Counted from the whole stretch's first letter, positions 10,693-22,700 are shown. The stretch is DNA of 63,773 nucleotides, filler included, from Octopus bimaculoides (GCF_001194135.2; 5 parts of 4 records of this genome joined end to end with filler, not necessarily neighbours in it), one strand, 5' to 3'. Made by a program: numbers and translations. The notes: generated by a model from the letters alone, not told the origin.

Positions 10693-10996
10693 AATGGGAG
10701 AAACGTAACGCGAGTATTTCAATTTTTTGAGTTGTAAAACCGTTAAAATGTATACATGATGTTTAAGTAAAAGTGGAAAACTGGATAAATGTAACCACCC
10801 GACTTCGGGGGTCGAGTGGACATTGCACCTCATTTTTTCATTCTTGTATATTATCATTTTATTTTAAATTTTATTTTACTATTTATCATTCGCTTTTGTA
10901 ATTTTTAGTTCCCCGATTTTATGCTTGTTGCGTTTTGTGCTGTCTTTGTTTTGTGATATCCTATAAAAACTCTTTTTATAGCCTTTTTTGTATAGC
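10693..10996 (+). mobile_element. Probable Tx1-like 3' end (T-rich UTR ending tttgtatagc)
   Basis: The T-rich UTR and tttgtatagc match the 3'UTR of the element at 19039-19200; SINE A body follows. Confidence 0.45.
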
Positions 10997-11000
10997 GTTT

Positions 11001-11194
11001 GTCTTTACGTTCTGAGTTCAAATTCCGCCGAGGTCGACTTTGCCTTTAATCCTTTCGGGGTCGATAAATTAAGTACCAGTTGCATACTGTGGTCGATCTA
11101 ATCGACTGACACCCTCCCCCATGATTTCGAACCTTGTGCCTGGAGTACAAAAGAATATTGTTTCCTTCTAAGGTGGCGAGCTGATAGAATCGTT
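11001..11194 (+). mobile_element. SINE A body (downstream half of the target) followed by another SINE head
   Basis: gtctttacgttctgagttcaaattccgccgagg…agtacaaaagaatatt; a new head starts at 11172. Confidence 0.85.
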
Positions 11195-11633
11195 NNNNNN
11201 NNNNNNNNNNNNNNNNNNNNNNNNNNNNNNNNNNNNNNNNNNNNNNNNNNNNNNNNNNNNNNNNNNNNNNNNNNNNNNNNNNNNNNNNNNNNNNNNNNNN
11301 NNNNNNNNNNNNNNNNNNNNNNNNNNNNNNNNNNNNNNNNNNNNNNNNNNNNNNNNNNNNNNNNNNNNNNNNNNNNNNNNNNNNNNNNNNNNNNNNNNNN
11401 NNNNNNNNNNNNNNNNNNNNNNNNNNNNNNNNNNNNNNNNNNNNNNNNNNNNNNNNNNNNNNNNNNNNNNNNNNNNNNNNNNNNNNNNNNNNNNNNNNNN
11501 NNNNNNNNNNNNNNNNNNNNNNNNNNNNNNNNNNNNNNNNNNNNNNNNNNNNNNNNNNNNNNNNNNNNNNNNNNNNNNNNNNNNNNNNNNNNNNNNNNNN
11601 NNNNNNNNNNNNNNNNNNNNNNNNNNNNNNNNA

Positions 11634-11714
11634 TTAACATTTATTATTTCACAAAAGATGAAGGCTACGAGCTGGCAGAATCGATAGCACGCCGGTCGAA
11701 CTGCTTCGCGGTAT
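11634..11714 (+). repeat. Duplicate of the Helitron-end + SINE-head flank at 7637-7712
   Basis: Near-identical acatttat…cacaaaagatgaaggctacgagctggcagaa…gcggtat. Confidence 0.85.
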
Positions 11715-13124
11715 AACGGCTCTGTGAATTGTTGTGAATTATTGTGAATACTGTTGTGTTACTTTGTGAAAACTGTCTCGGTGAATAATTGTGATTTTTG
11801 TGGAATTATTACGGTTGCATGTCACGTGAGCTGCTGCATTTTCCCCAGCTATGGCAAGTGATAGTGTGTCCAGTATGGAGAGCTACGCCAAGGCTACTGC
11901 GGTGAGGAAACCAGTGCCGCTAGAAACCAAGTTAATCAAGTTGGATATGGAGGAGGTGACCAGAAGCAGGAATTTGATGGAAGTTGAGGGAAACTCGTAC
12001 AAATTGTGTCCCCCAAAAGAGAGGTTCAACATTTGGAACAGTAGAAGTGAGGTTTCGTAATGCAGCAAGGAAACATGCAGCGTCAACAATTAGGAGCGAA
12101 GAAGTGGTGCTGTTGCCCACGTATAGAGGCATGAGAGCAACAAGCGTCACGGTTGAAGGAATCCCACCGGAGATTAATGTGACTTTGGTGGCAGATGCGG
12201 TCCTCTGTGGTAATGAGGACAAAATAGTAGTGCTCAAGGCCAAGAAAAAATAGTTCGTTAACTGGTCAATCACTGGAGATGATAGTCCAAGGGTCAAAAG
12301 AAACGGTAGAAAAGATTATAGAAACAATAACCATGGAAGAAACAATTATGACTGTCAGGATGGAAGGAAGAGTTCCACGTTGCTTTAAATGTGGCCTGAA
12401 AGGACACATAAGAGCAGAATGTACATCAAAGCCAAGAAAAAAGCGACCAGAAAATACGGAAGAGAAGATAGAAGAGAGCCACAGAAAGAAAGTAACCGAA
12501 AAAGAAAAGGAAGTAGCGGAAATAGGAAAAAATAAATGGGAAAATGTAATAGGAAAAAAACGAAAGAAGGCAAGTGAACTAAACTGTAACCCACATTCCA
12601 CACCCTCTCAGACCGACCCACTTCCTGCAGACACTAGGCCTATCCATTCCCATCCGACACAAAAACAAGAGGCAAACACATACAAAGAAACACAAAACCC
12701 TTCCCCCAAGTCAAAACAGAGAAGGAAAAATTGTAGGATTCATATGTTGCTTAGCGACGAACTGCTAAGGGATACGGTGGAATGGGACATAAAGTGTAAT
12801 GGAACTGCGGGGTATGATAATGTGGAGGGACATCACTTGTGTGTAATACTAGACAAAAAACAAGAGGAAACAATACAAGAGTATATGGTTGGATTTTATT
12901 TTTGGGAAGTGGACTGCAGTTTGAGATCATTCTCAGGATTTACTACATACGATAGGTGGTTGGAGGAAACAGGTATCGATGTGTTAGAAGGGTCAGGATT
13001 TAAAAAGTAGAAAATGAAGTCACTCTTAAGTGGGGCGAGTGGTTCCATTTCCATTTTATCATTTTCATGTATTCACGTTTTCTTTGTCACCTCTATGTTA
13101 GCCAGCATGGGTAATAAAGAAACA
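11715..13124 (+). mobile_element. ORF1-only non-autonomous Tx1-related retroelement (copy Y-B, about 1.4 kb)
   Basis: Same 5' end as Y-A and a single ORF1. Tail tttgtcacctctatgttagcc…ggtAATAAAGAAA, followed by target remnant ggtatttcgt (13125-13134). Confidence 0.78.
11851..13010 (+). pseudogene. Gag/ORF1-like protein with intact CCHC knuckle and unknown C-terminal domain (frameshift and stop in the N-half)
   Basis: FGTVEVRF…LLPTYRG…VEGIPPEI; RMEGRVPRCFKCGLKGHIRAEC; 243-aa open C-terminal part at 12279..13010. Confidence 0.82.
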
Positions 13125-13134
13125 GGTATTTCGT

Positions 13135-16100
13135 TTATCTCTTTTGTTACTTACGCGTCGCAGATGTATTCGTGGTGAACATTACTGTTTCTTAGTGTTA
13201 ATATTGCTAATAATTACTGTGCTGTTTCTAATGACTGCTGTTTCTTGTTAAATTGTTGAATTTCTTAATTATAGGAGTTTTTATTTGAAAACATTAANNN
13301 NNNNNNNNNNNNNNNNNNNNNNNNNNNNNNNNNNNNNNNNNNNNNNNNNNNNNNNNNNNNNNNNNNNNNNNNNNNNNNNNNNNNNNNNNNNNNNNNNNNN
13401 NNNNNNNNNNNNNNNNNNNNNNNNNNNNNNNNNNNNNNNNNNNNNNNNNNNNNNNNNNNNNNNNNNNNNNNNNNNNNNNNNNNNNNNNNNNNNNNNNNNN
13501 NNNNNNNNNNNNNNNNNNNNNNNNNNNNNNNNNNNNNNNNNNNNNNNNNNNNNNNNNNNNNNNNNNNNNNNNNNNNNNNNNNNNNNNNNNNNNNNNNNNN
13601 NNNNNNNNNNNNNNNNNNNNNNNNNNNNNNNNNNNNNNNNNNNNNNNNNNNNNNNNNNNNNNNNNNNNNNNNNNNNNNNNNNNNNNNNNNNNNNNNNNNN
13701 NNNNNNNNNNNNNNNNNNNNNNNNNNNNNNNNNNNNNNNNNNNNNNNNNNNNNNNNNNNNNNNNNNNNNNNNNNNNNNNNNNNNNNNNNNNNNNNNNNNN
13801 NTCGACGAATAAGTGAGATTTAATGAAATACAGTGAAATGAGGCAAATAAATGATAACGTGGTTAAAATACAACCACCAGAGTAATTACTACTAGAAGAA
13901 AAACAGAAAATAATAAAGTATAAAACTTACTGTTTGCAAAAGAGGAAAAGTGAGAAAATTACAGAAGAGAAGATAGAGAGTTGTCTGAAGCCAATCTGGA
14001 GCGACGTAGTTTATCTGACTAGGAGCAGGAAATTTGGTACGGTGGAAATAAGGTTTACCAACAAAGAAATTGCACAAAAACATTCAGTAGAAACGCTGAA
14101 AACGGATTACGTGGCACTCATCCCCACCTATATGGGAACGAGAACGTCAAGAATTAAAATAACAAGGGTCACACCAGAAGTGGATCCTAGGTGGTTGGTG
14201 GCGGCAGCCCGAATCAGACCGGAAGAGAAAATTACCCTCCTCCAGGCTGCCGCTACCGAAAACGCTAACTGGACTTGTTAAACAGTTAGTCTCCTCATCC
14301 AGGCTGACCCTAAAATAATTGAACAACGACCAAAAAAGACTGCCAGAAGAGAAAAAGAGGAGAAAGGCATAATAGCCGTATGCACTTAAGATACTGAGCT
14401 AATGAGAGACATTCAATTATTTAAGACTGCAAAAAAAATAGATAACCTTTCGGAGAAATATAACAATTATGACGTGTATGAAGTCTCAAATACGACTCAT
14501 ATGATTTTACAAAACAAATACCGTAAGTCAGTATCATCTATGAGACTGGACTTCATAAGTCTATATTTAATGGATTACCAGCCCCAGTCCCGCGAGATAA
14601 GGAAAAGGTCGTGACTTTCGCTCCACCTAATAATTCTGTGTCGGTAATANNNNNNNNNNNNNNNNNNNNNNNNNNNNNNNTTCGTTTATCTCTTTTGTTA
14701 CTTACGCGTCGCAGATGTATTCGTGGTGAACATTACTGTTTCTTAGTGTTAATATTGCTAATAATTACTGTGCTGTTTCTAATGACTGCTGTTTCTTGTT
14801 AAATTGTTGAATTTCTTAATTATAGGAGTTTTTATTTGAAAACATTAAGTGCTAGTAGAAAGCACGCGTTGTTCATTCCCCCGTTGGGAGGAAGAATGTC
14901 GTCTAGCAAGATGACCAACTGTTGGAACAGAAATGTTTATTTCTCCAGTTGAAAGGAAGAATTACATGATGTCTGAAGAGGAACCAACTACGAGCAAAGA
15001 AATAACGAATTTCCCCGAAAATGGAATTTTTGATTCCCCCGTTGCAAAAAAGAATAACAAAATGTATGACTTATTTGGAGTGTGTCTGAAAGCTCGTCAG
15101 AACTTTCACTAGAAGAATTCCCGAGTTTGCCAAAAAACAAAAGTATTGTGTCCAAAAGAATAGCTGATGCACCTAGCATCCAAACTGAACAACCAAAAAC
15201 AGAAAAAAAAAGCTTTGCGTTGGCAGCTAGGGATGGAACCCAGCTGCTTTCGACGAATAAGTGAGATTTAATGAAATACAGTGAAATGAGGCAAATAAAT
15301 GATAACGTGGTTAAAATACAACCACCAGAGTAATTACTACTAGAAGAAAAACAGAAAATAATAAAGTATAAAACTTACTGTTTGCAAAAGAGGAAAAGTG
15401 AGAAAATTACAGAAGAGAAGATAGAGAGTTGTCTGAAGCCAATCTGGAGCGACGTAGTTTATCTGACAAGGAGCAGGAAATTTGGTACGGTGAAATAAGG
15501 TTTACCAACAAAGAAATTGCACAAAAACATTCAGTAGAAACGCTGAAAACGGATTACGTGGCACTCATCCCCACCTATATGGGAACGAGAACGTCAAGAA
15601 TTAAAATAACAAGGGTCACACCAGAAGTGGATCCNNNNNNNNNNNNNNNNNNNNNNNNNNNNNNNNNNNNNNNNNNNNNNNNNNNNNNNNNNNNNNNNNN
15701 NNNNNNNNNNNNNNNNNNNNNNNNNNNNNNNNNNNNNNNNNNNNNNNNNNNNNNNNNNNNNNNNNNNNNNNNNNNNNNNNNNNNNNNNNNNNNNNNNNNN
15801 NNNNNNNNNNNNNNNNNNNNNNNNNNNNNNNNNNNNNNNNNNNNNNNNNNNNNNNNNNNNNNNNNNNNNNNNNNNNNNNNNNNNNNNNNNNNNNNNNNNN
15901 NNNNNNNNNNNNNNNNNNNNNNNNNNNNNNNNNNNNNNNNNNNNNNNNNNNNNNNNNNNNNNNNNNNNNNNNNNNNNNNNNNNNNNNNNNNNNNNNNNNN
16001 NNNNNNNNNNNNNNNNNNNNNNNNNNNNNNNNNNNNNNNNNNNNNNNNNNNNNNNNNNNNNNNNNNNNNNNNNNNNNNNNNNNNNNNNNNNNNNNNNNNN

Positions 16101-17061
16101 NNNNNNNNNNNNNNNNNNNNNNNNNNNNNNNNNNNNNNNNNNNNNNNNNNNNCAAATACGACTCATATGATTTTACAAAACAAATACCGTAAGTCAGTAT
16201 CATCTATGAGACTGGACTTCATAAGTCTATATTTAATGGATTACCAGCCCCAGTCCCGCGAGATAAGGAAAAGGTCGTGACTTTCGCTCCACCTAATAAT
16301 TCTGTGTCGGTAATAAGACGGGATTTTAACAAATCTATTTCCTGCCACTTCCGACCCTGTATCCACAGTTTTTTCTAGTCAGCTGCAGTGATCACAAGAT
16401 GGTTACCTGTAAACTGACAATAGATACGTTACATAGCCAGGGATCTGGCTACTGGAAACTCAAAACGTCCCTTTTGGCGATTGAGGAGTACAGAAAGCGG
16501 ATCGAGATATTAATACAGAGGTCATTAACAGGTACCATCATTAAGAACAAATGGTGGTACACGCTAAAAAGAGCCATCAAATATGAGTCTTTTAGGTTTA
16601 ACATAAATTTAGCTAAAAAGGAACGTAGAATAGGAGATGGTTTAGTTAAGGAATTAGAAGCCTGGAGGACTGGTAATGCGGACCAAGCAAGGTGGAAAAC
16701 ACTGGAGTTAAACGAGTATCTTGAAGCCCAACACATGGGAAGTATTGCCAGAGCTAAGTTACGTGCGATGGGAAGGGAAGGAATCAAGGCCGCTGGATGG
16801 GCCAGAGTGGTGGAAGCTCGACAAGGAAATAATTCCACTCTACGGTCTTTGACGAATCATAATGGCATATTGATAAACGAACACGAGAAATGGTGTGAGG
16901 CCTTTCGGAAGTACTTCGCCCAGCTATTAGTGGGTGACGGTGGTTCTGGTAATGGGAGAGCCTCGAGGACATTCTTGTCGGTCTGCCGTGTCTTTCAGGG
17001 TCGGATGCGGAGGCAAGTCGATGCCTTCAGACAGCGCTGTTGGGCGCTGGACGAAGGGACC
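13135..17061 (+). mobile_element. Internally deleted Tx1-like element (copy X-C): 5'UTR, ORF1, APE remnant/linker, RT mostly deleted; 5' 1.5 kb present twice
   Basis: ORF1 (…IWSDVVYLTRSRKFGTVEIRF…) and ORF2 remnant (SDHKMV…GSGYWKLKTSLL…). Near 16985 it jumps to GKSMPSDSAVGRWTKG, which is also the start of the fragment at 20498. Confidence 0.8.
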
Positions 17062-17636
17062 NNNNNNNNNNNNNNNNNNNNNNNNNNNNNNNNNNNNNNN
17101 NNNNNNNNNNNNNNNNNNNNNNNNNNNNNNNNNNNNNNNNNNNNNNNNNNNNNNNNNNNNNATATACATGTGCACACACGCAGACGCACACATGCACGCA
17201 TACATACATACACACACACTGAGACACGCATGCGCAAAAAAAAGAAAGAAAAGCAAAAACAGAACGCAATGTAAATAACGGACAGAGTCAAAACTATTGA
17301 AAAGGTTGCAAGACGCAACGAAAATTTTAGGAAAATAAAAATAAGTGGAAATTTTAACGGTGAGTGTGTTAAATTTTAAGGCACGAAAAGAAAATTACTC
17401 TCCNNNNNNNNNNNNNNNNNNNNNNNNNNNNNNNNNNNNNNNNNNNNNNNNNNNNNNNNNNNNNNNNNNNNNNNNNNNNNNNNNNNNNNNNNNNNNNNNN
17501 NNNNNNNNNNNNNNNNNNNNNNNNNNNNNNNNNNNNNNNNNNNNNNNNNNNNNNNNNNNNNNNNNNNNNNNNNNNNNNNNNNNNNNNNNNNNNNNNNNNN
17601 NNNNNNNNNNNNNNNNNNNNNNNNNNNNNNNNNNNN

Positions 17637-18460
17637 TCAATAGACTATGTATTATTCATTTAAAATACAGAGATGCCTATAATAGGACATCTGACCCGCT
17701 AGAAAGAGCAGCAAAAGACTACATACCACAAAAATAGGGATAATTTCGAAAGGGAATGAAAAATAAAAACATTTACCAATCTATATTCTGTACTATGGTT
17801 TCAAGTCAATTTAGTAAGATAAAAATATATCTTACAATGGTCGGACTATCATCGGCAGAATGACCAGACAACATATGAAACACGAGTCATAGGGAGCATG
17901 GCCCGTGTTCATATGTTTAATTTTCCAAATTTACCGCGTATTTGCGGTTTACCTAATCGGCAGCAAATACAAAAGATGCCGATTTTCTTTCAGAAATTAG
18001 CCAAAAAATTTTATTATTAATAAATTATAGGGTAGCAAAAATTTTAGAAATTTTATTTACCACCAGTGGTCTAGCGAGAGTAAAATCAGTCAATAGACTA
18101 TGTATTATTCATTTAAAATACAGAGATGCCTATAATAGGACATCTGACCCGCTAGAAAGAGCAGCAAAAGACTACATACCACAAAAATAGGGATAATTTC
18201 GAAAGGGAATGAAAAATAAAAACATTTACCAATCTATATTCTGTACCATGGTTTCAAGTCAATTTAGTAAGATAAAAATATATCTTACAATGGTCGGACT
18301 GCCGATGATAGTCTGACCATTGTAAGATATATTTTTATCTTACTAAATTGACTTGAAACCATGGTACAGAATATAGATTCCCTATTTTTGTGGTATGTAG
18401 TCTTTTGCTGCTCTTTCTAGCGGGTCAGATGTCCTATTATAGGCATCTCTATATTTTAAA

Positions 18461-18466
<6 letters not shown>
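17637..18466. repeat. 453-bp direct duplication plus fold-back inversion
   Basis: 17637+ is repeated at 18090+; 18310-18466 is the reverse complement of 18106-18300 with an internal deletion. Confidence 0.85.
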
Positions 18467-18496
<30 letters not shown>

Positions 18497-18889
18497 AGCA
18501 TAATTAAGGGCGCTGAAGTGCCAACGCCTACATGCTAGGAGACGTCAACTCTACTTACAATTCCAAATGTGTCCTCTTATAACGCAAGGCTGAATGTGAG
18601 AAAATGGACAATAAGATCTAAAAAATTTAGGACGACTCTATATCTTAAGATTTCATGTTTTGTCATTAATAATACCTTACGCTGATCAGTATGAGTATAC
18701 CGACAATATATAACTGAGAAATACATATACAAACGGATACGTTTCTGCGTATACCAATATATACATGCGCTTCCCGCGAATACATCATATCTAACCACAT
18801 TCAACCTTGTGTTATAAGAGAACAAATTTCGAGTGATCTGTAGGCTTGACATCTGCTTCTAGCGTGTATAATTGTATACTTATATATTC

Positions 18890-19038
18890 TTTTCTACGCT
18901 AGGCACAAGGGCCGTCATTTTGGAGGAGGAGGCCAGTTGATTAGATCGATACCAGTACGCAACTGATACGTAATTTCTCCACCTCGAAAGGGTGAAAAAC
19001 AAAGTCGACCTCGGCGGAATTTGAACAGACGAAATACC
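18890..19038 (-). mobile_element. SINE A downstream half beginning exactly at ggtatttcgtctg
   Basis: Minus strand reads ggtatttcgtctgttcaaattccgccgaggtcgactttg… immediately after the Tx1 tail. Confidence 0.85.
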
Positions 19039-20498
19039 AATTTCTTTATTACCCACAAGGGGCTATACAAAGAATGGGACAAAACAACTGATTGGGGTCA
19101 GTAACACGTTATGATATTACATAAATATGAAAATAAAAATTATATAAAATATATAAGAATCGAATGAAATACACAATACAAATATGACACAAATATAGCG
19201 ATGATCAGGCCACGCTCCGATCCCACAAGCCCCGATCTATCGATGATACTTCTTTCATCTCTTGTTTTTTTCTATAGCCTATTCACATGGTTCCTTGCAC
19301 GCACAGAACTCGCGAAACATGCTTCCATCTCTTTTGGAACGTACACTCCGACAGACATCTTTTCTCTAGCCACACTTTCCTTTTCAAGTGAAAAGTGAAA
19401 AACGATCTCAACTCGTGGCCGGAGATAAAGTTACCCGTCTTAATTCCTTTTATCCCAGTCTTCCATACTGCCTCTTTCGCTATTGCTACAACCGTGAGAA
19501 AACAATTCTTACCTTCGTTCGTTAAAACTCCGAGTGGGTCAATTTTTATAATAGACTCAGTCGACCGCTATACTCTTCCTTCGCCGTACAACAGGTGTTC
19601 GACATAAACCCACATTTCAGATATCTCCGGACACTTGACAATAGCGTGAGAGACGGTTTCCCTATCACCCCACTCCGCATCTTGGACAGTTCGGAGAGTG
19701 AGACTTTCCATGTCTTGCAAGTTAATCCCAAACGGGTAAGGCGCTCCTGTAACATTGCCAAGTTAAGGACTTTTGGAAATTGTCCAACGTTCTCAAACCG
19801 AATGTACGGTGAAACAGGCTGTCCAGTTGAATAAACCCGAGACGTAGAGTCAACGCCAGGCTATCGTCACGTTTAGACTCTACCAACCCACTATATAAAA
19901 TCCGTGTAGAACCCCCACCGCTGGCGTTGCCTGAGTGCCGGAATGTCAGGAGGGCCTTACGACACTCCATATGTCACTTATTCGACCTCGATCTACGAGA
20001 ACACCAGGCTTCCTGTTCGCAAAAACTTTTGAACTCGGGGAACATTTGTCTGGCCAGAAGAGACCACACCCGTTCACTATTAAGGAGAATCCAGATGTGC
20101 CTCTATCTCAACGCATGCCTGCGCATCATTAACCAAGGCAACCCTAAACTTCCTTTTAACGGCTTCTGATAACAGATAGAGCGTTTCACAAGTGGCGACC
20201 TGCCCTTCCATAAAAAGCGAAAGAGCTGCCTCTCCAACCTGATCAACCACGAATCCGGACAGGGCACGACGGTCAGGCGGTAGGTAATGACCGATGCGAT
20301 AAACACATTGGCCACCTCCGCCCTCCATTTCAAGGATAGCCACTGCCAAGACCAGGTCCTGACCATTTCAGTACCGTGCTCAATACCTCCGTCCAGTTCT
20401 TCTTTATCTGGAGTCCTGGTCCAAACCAGACTCCCAGCAATTTAACCGGTCCCTCCGTCCAGCGCCCAACAATGCTGTCTGCAGGCATCGACTTACCA
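19039..20498 (-). mobile_element. Tx1-like LINE 3' part (ORF2 C-terminus and 3'UTR)
   Basis: LSLKWRAEVANVFIASVITYRL…LFRFLWKG…GSLGLP; ETVSHAIVKC; FLTVVAIAKEAVWKT. Ends gccccttgtgggtAATAAAGAAAtt. Confidence 0.88.
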
Positions 20499-20542
20499 NN
20501 NNNNNNNNNNNNNNNNNNNNNNNNNNNNNNNNNNNNNNNNNN

Positions 20543-20554
20543 TTAATTAATTAA
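20543..20554. other. Artificial scaffold linker TTAATTAATTAA inside an N gap (also at 35909-35920, 50169-50180, 61864-61875)
   Basis: The same 12-mer, with stops in all six frames, sits in the middle of four N runs. Confidence 0.9.
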
Positions 20555-20599
20555 NNNNNNNNNNNNNNNNNNNNNNNNNNNNNNNNNNNNNNNNNNNNA

Positions 20600-20963
20600 T
20601 AAGAATGAGATACTGCAGCAGCCTCGGTTTCAGAGGACCTCAGCTCTTCAATGCCCTGCCAAAACATTTGAGAGACCTGCAAGACATGGATGCGGAGGTC
20701 TTCAAGACAAAACTCGACGTTTTCCTCTCCACGATACCAGACGAACCAATGGCTCGAAATGAGACGCAGTTTAGGGCAGCGATGTCAAATTCTCTTATAC
20801 ACCAGATGTGCCATCAAAACTCTTGATTGGTCCATATCAGGTGGGGGAGTAGAGCCATGCAAGGAACGTGAAGAAAGCACAGCATAAAGACGGAAAATCA
20901 CGGTGGTGCTCCAGCATGACCACAGCCACTTGGCTGAAACCCATAAATAAATAAATAAATAAA
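20600..20963 (+). mobile_element. CR1/L2-group LINE 3' end with (AAAT)n tail
   Basis: GPQLFNALPKHLRDL…FKTKLDVFLSTIPDEP…AAMSNSLIHQ*, then UTR and ataaataaataa. Confidence 0.75.
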
Positions 20964-21122
20964 AATATGAGTTCATATATAGAACTTATATGAGAAATGA
21001 TGTAGGAAAATTTACATGTACATATATGCATATCCATATCATAACTATCACCAGCTTCCAATTTGTGTATATGCATTTATCTGAGCACACCCACGCACAG
21101 ACATATACATACATATGTATAT

Positions 21123-21237
<115 letters not shown>

Positions 21238-21484
21238 ATTTATTTTTAACACTGATGTCAACAATATAAATGTGTGTGTGAGTATATAATGTATATATGC
21301 ATGTTTCTCCATACATGTGTGTGTGTGTGTGTGTGTGTGTAATTATATCTATTAAACTAATCTAATATACACAGCATTCCAAATGTGTTGACTCTTTTCA
21401 TGATTTGGGGATTCCATGCTCATACAATTAGATATAGCAGATTATACGACATTCATAAATAGATACGTGTGTGTGTGTGTTTGT

Positions 21485-21522
<38 letters not shown>

Positions 21523-22306
21523 ATGCGTATGTGAATGTGAGGGATTTGGCATGACTTTGTGAAAGCCACAAAGTGAACTATGTAAAACTCCAACATTCTT
21601 CATCATATCCCGCCCGTGAATGAGAAGATTTGATCAAAGCAAAGATTGCTGTGTGATTAAGTTGTTTGCCTAACAACTATGCAGTCTTGGTTTCAATCCC
21701 ATTGTGCTGCACTTCAGGCTTCATTCAATCAAAGTCCTGTGAATAAAATTATATACATATTTCTTCATTCATTTGACTTACACTTTTCCATGCTAGCATG
21801 AATTAGAGGAATACTTATTATTGAAACAAAACTTTACAACTGAATGTCCTTCCTGTTACTTATTAACCCTTACCTGTTTCTTCAACTATGTTCAATTTCA
21901 CTTCACATTTCTTTAAAAGTGCAGAGCTTGCAGGTGATTTCTTGACAGCAAATGTTATAAACATCACTGTTTATTGCTCAATACAGAATTTAAACCATCT
22001 CACACACACACTTATATGATAGGCTCTGTACACATGTGTGTGTTTACGATATATTTTATCATCATCATCATCATCCTCATCATTTTACATCTACTTTTCG
22101 AAACTTGCATGAGTCAGATGGAGTTTATTTAGTCAGATTTTCTAGTTGGGTGCCTGCCCTGTTGCCAACCCTTGTCTGTTTCCAAGCAAGGTAATATTTC
22201 TCTATGGCCAGACATGGTTTTATCTATGAACAAATCATTTGTGCAGGATATTCAGCAAGAAATTGCAGAGCTCTCTTTCTCAGACTATGAGTAACTACCA
22301 TCATAT

Positions 22307-22308
<2 letters not shown>

Positions 22309-22354
<46 letters not shown>

Positions 22355-22700
22355 GTCATCATCATCATCGTCATCATCATCATCATCATCATTTAACATC
22401 CGCTTTCCAGGCTCACATGGGTTAGACAGTTTGACTGGAACTGGTAAGCCAGAGAGCTGCACCAGGTTCCTGTCTGATTTGGCATGGTTTTTATGGGTTG
22501 ATGCCCTTCCTAACTCCAACCACTCCAAGAGGGTAAAGGGTGCTTTTCATGTGCCACTGGCGTGAGTGCCATTTACATGACAGTGGCAATGGTCATAACT
22601 GCTTTCATTTGGTTTGATGAGTCTTCTCAAGCACAGCATATCATCAGAGGTTTTGGTCACTTGTCATTACCTCCATGAGGCCTGACATTTGAAGATCATG
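22309..22700 (-). mobile_element. RTE-type LINE 3'UTR fragment with (GAT)n tail
   Basis: catcatc…tttaacatccgctttcca… is homologous to 39208-39860. Confidence 0.75.

Noticed and set aside
13130-16320. 1.5-kb tandem duplication of the X-C 5' region
   Set aside because: The two copies are nearly identical and have complementary N gaps, which suggests redundant contigs or haplotypes in scaffolding.
7849-17061. A single three-ORF retrotransposon (ORF1a-ORF1b-ORF2)
   Set aside because: ORF1a units have their own 3' tail, and target-site remnants lie between them and the next 5' terminus. Tandem insertion at one target explains this better, though it is not formally excluded.
18500-18880. Possible coding relic (also 3574-3777)
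   Set aside because: No diagnostic motif recognised.
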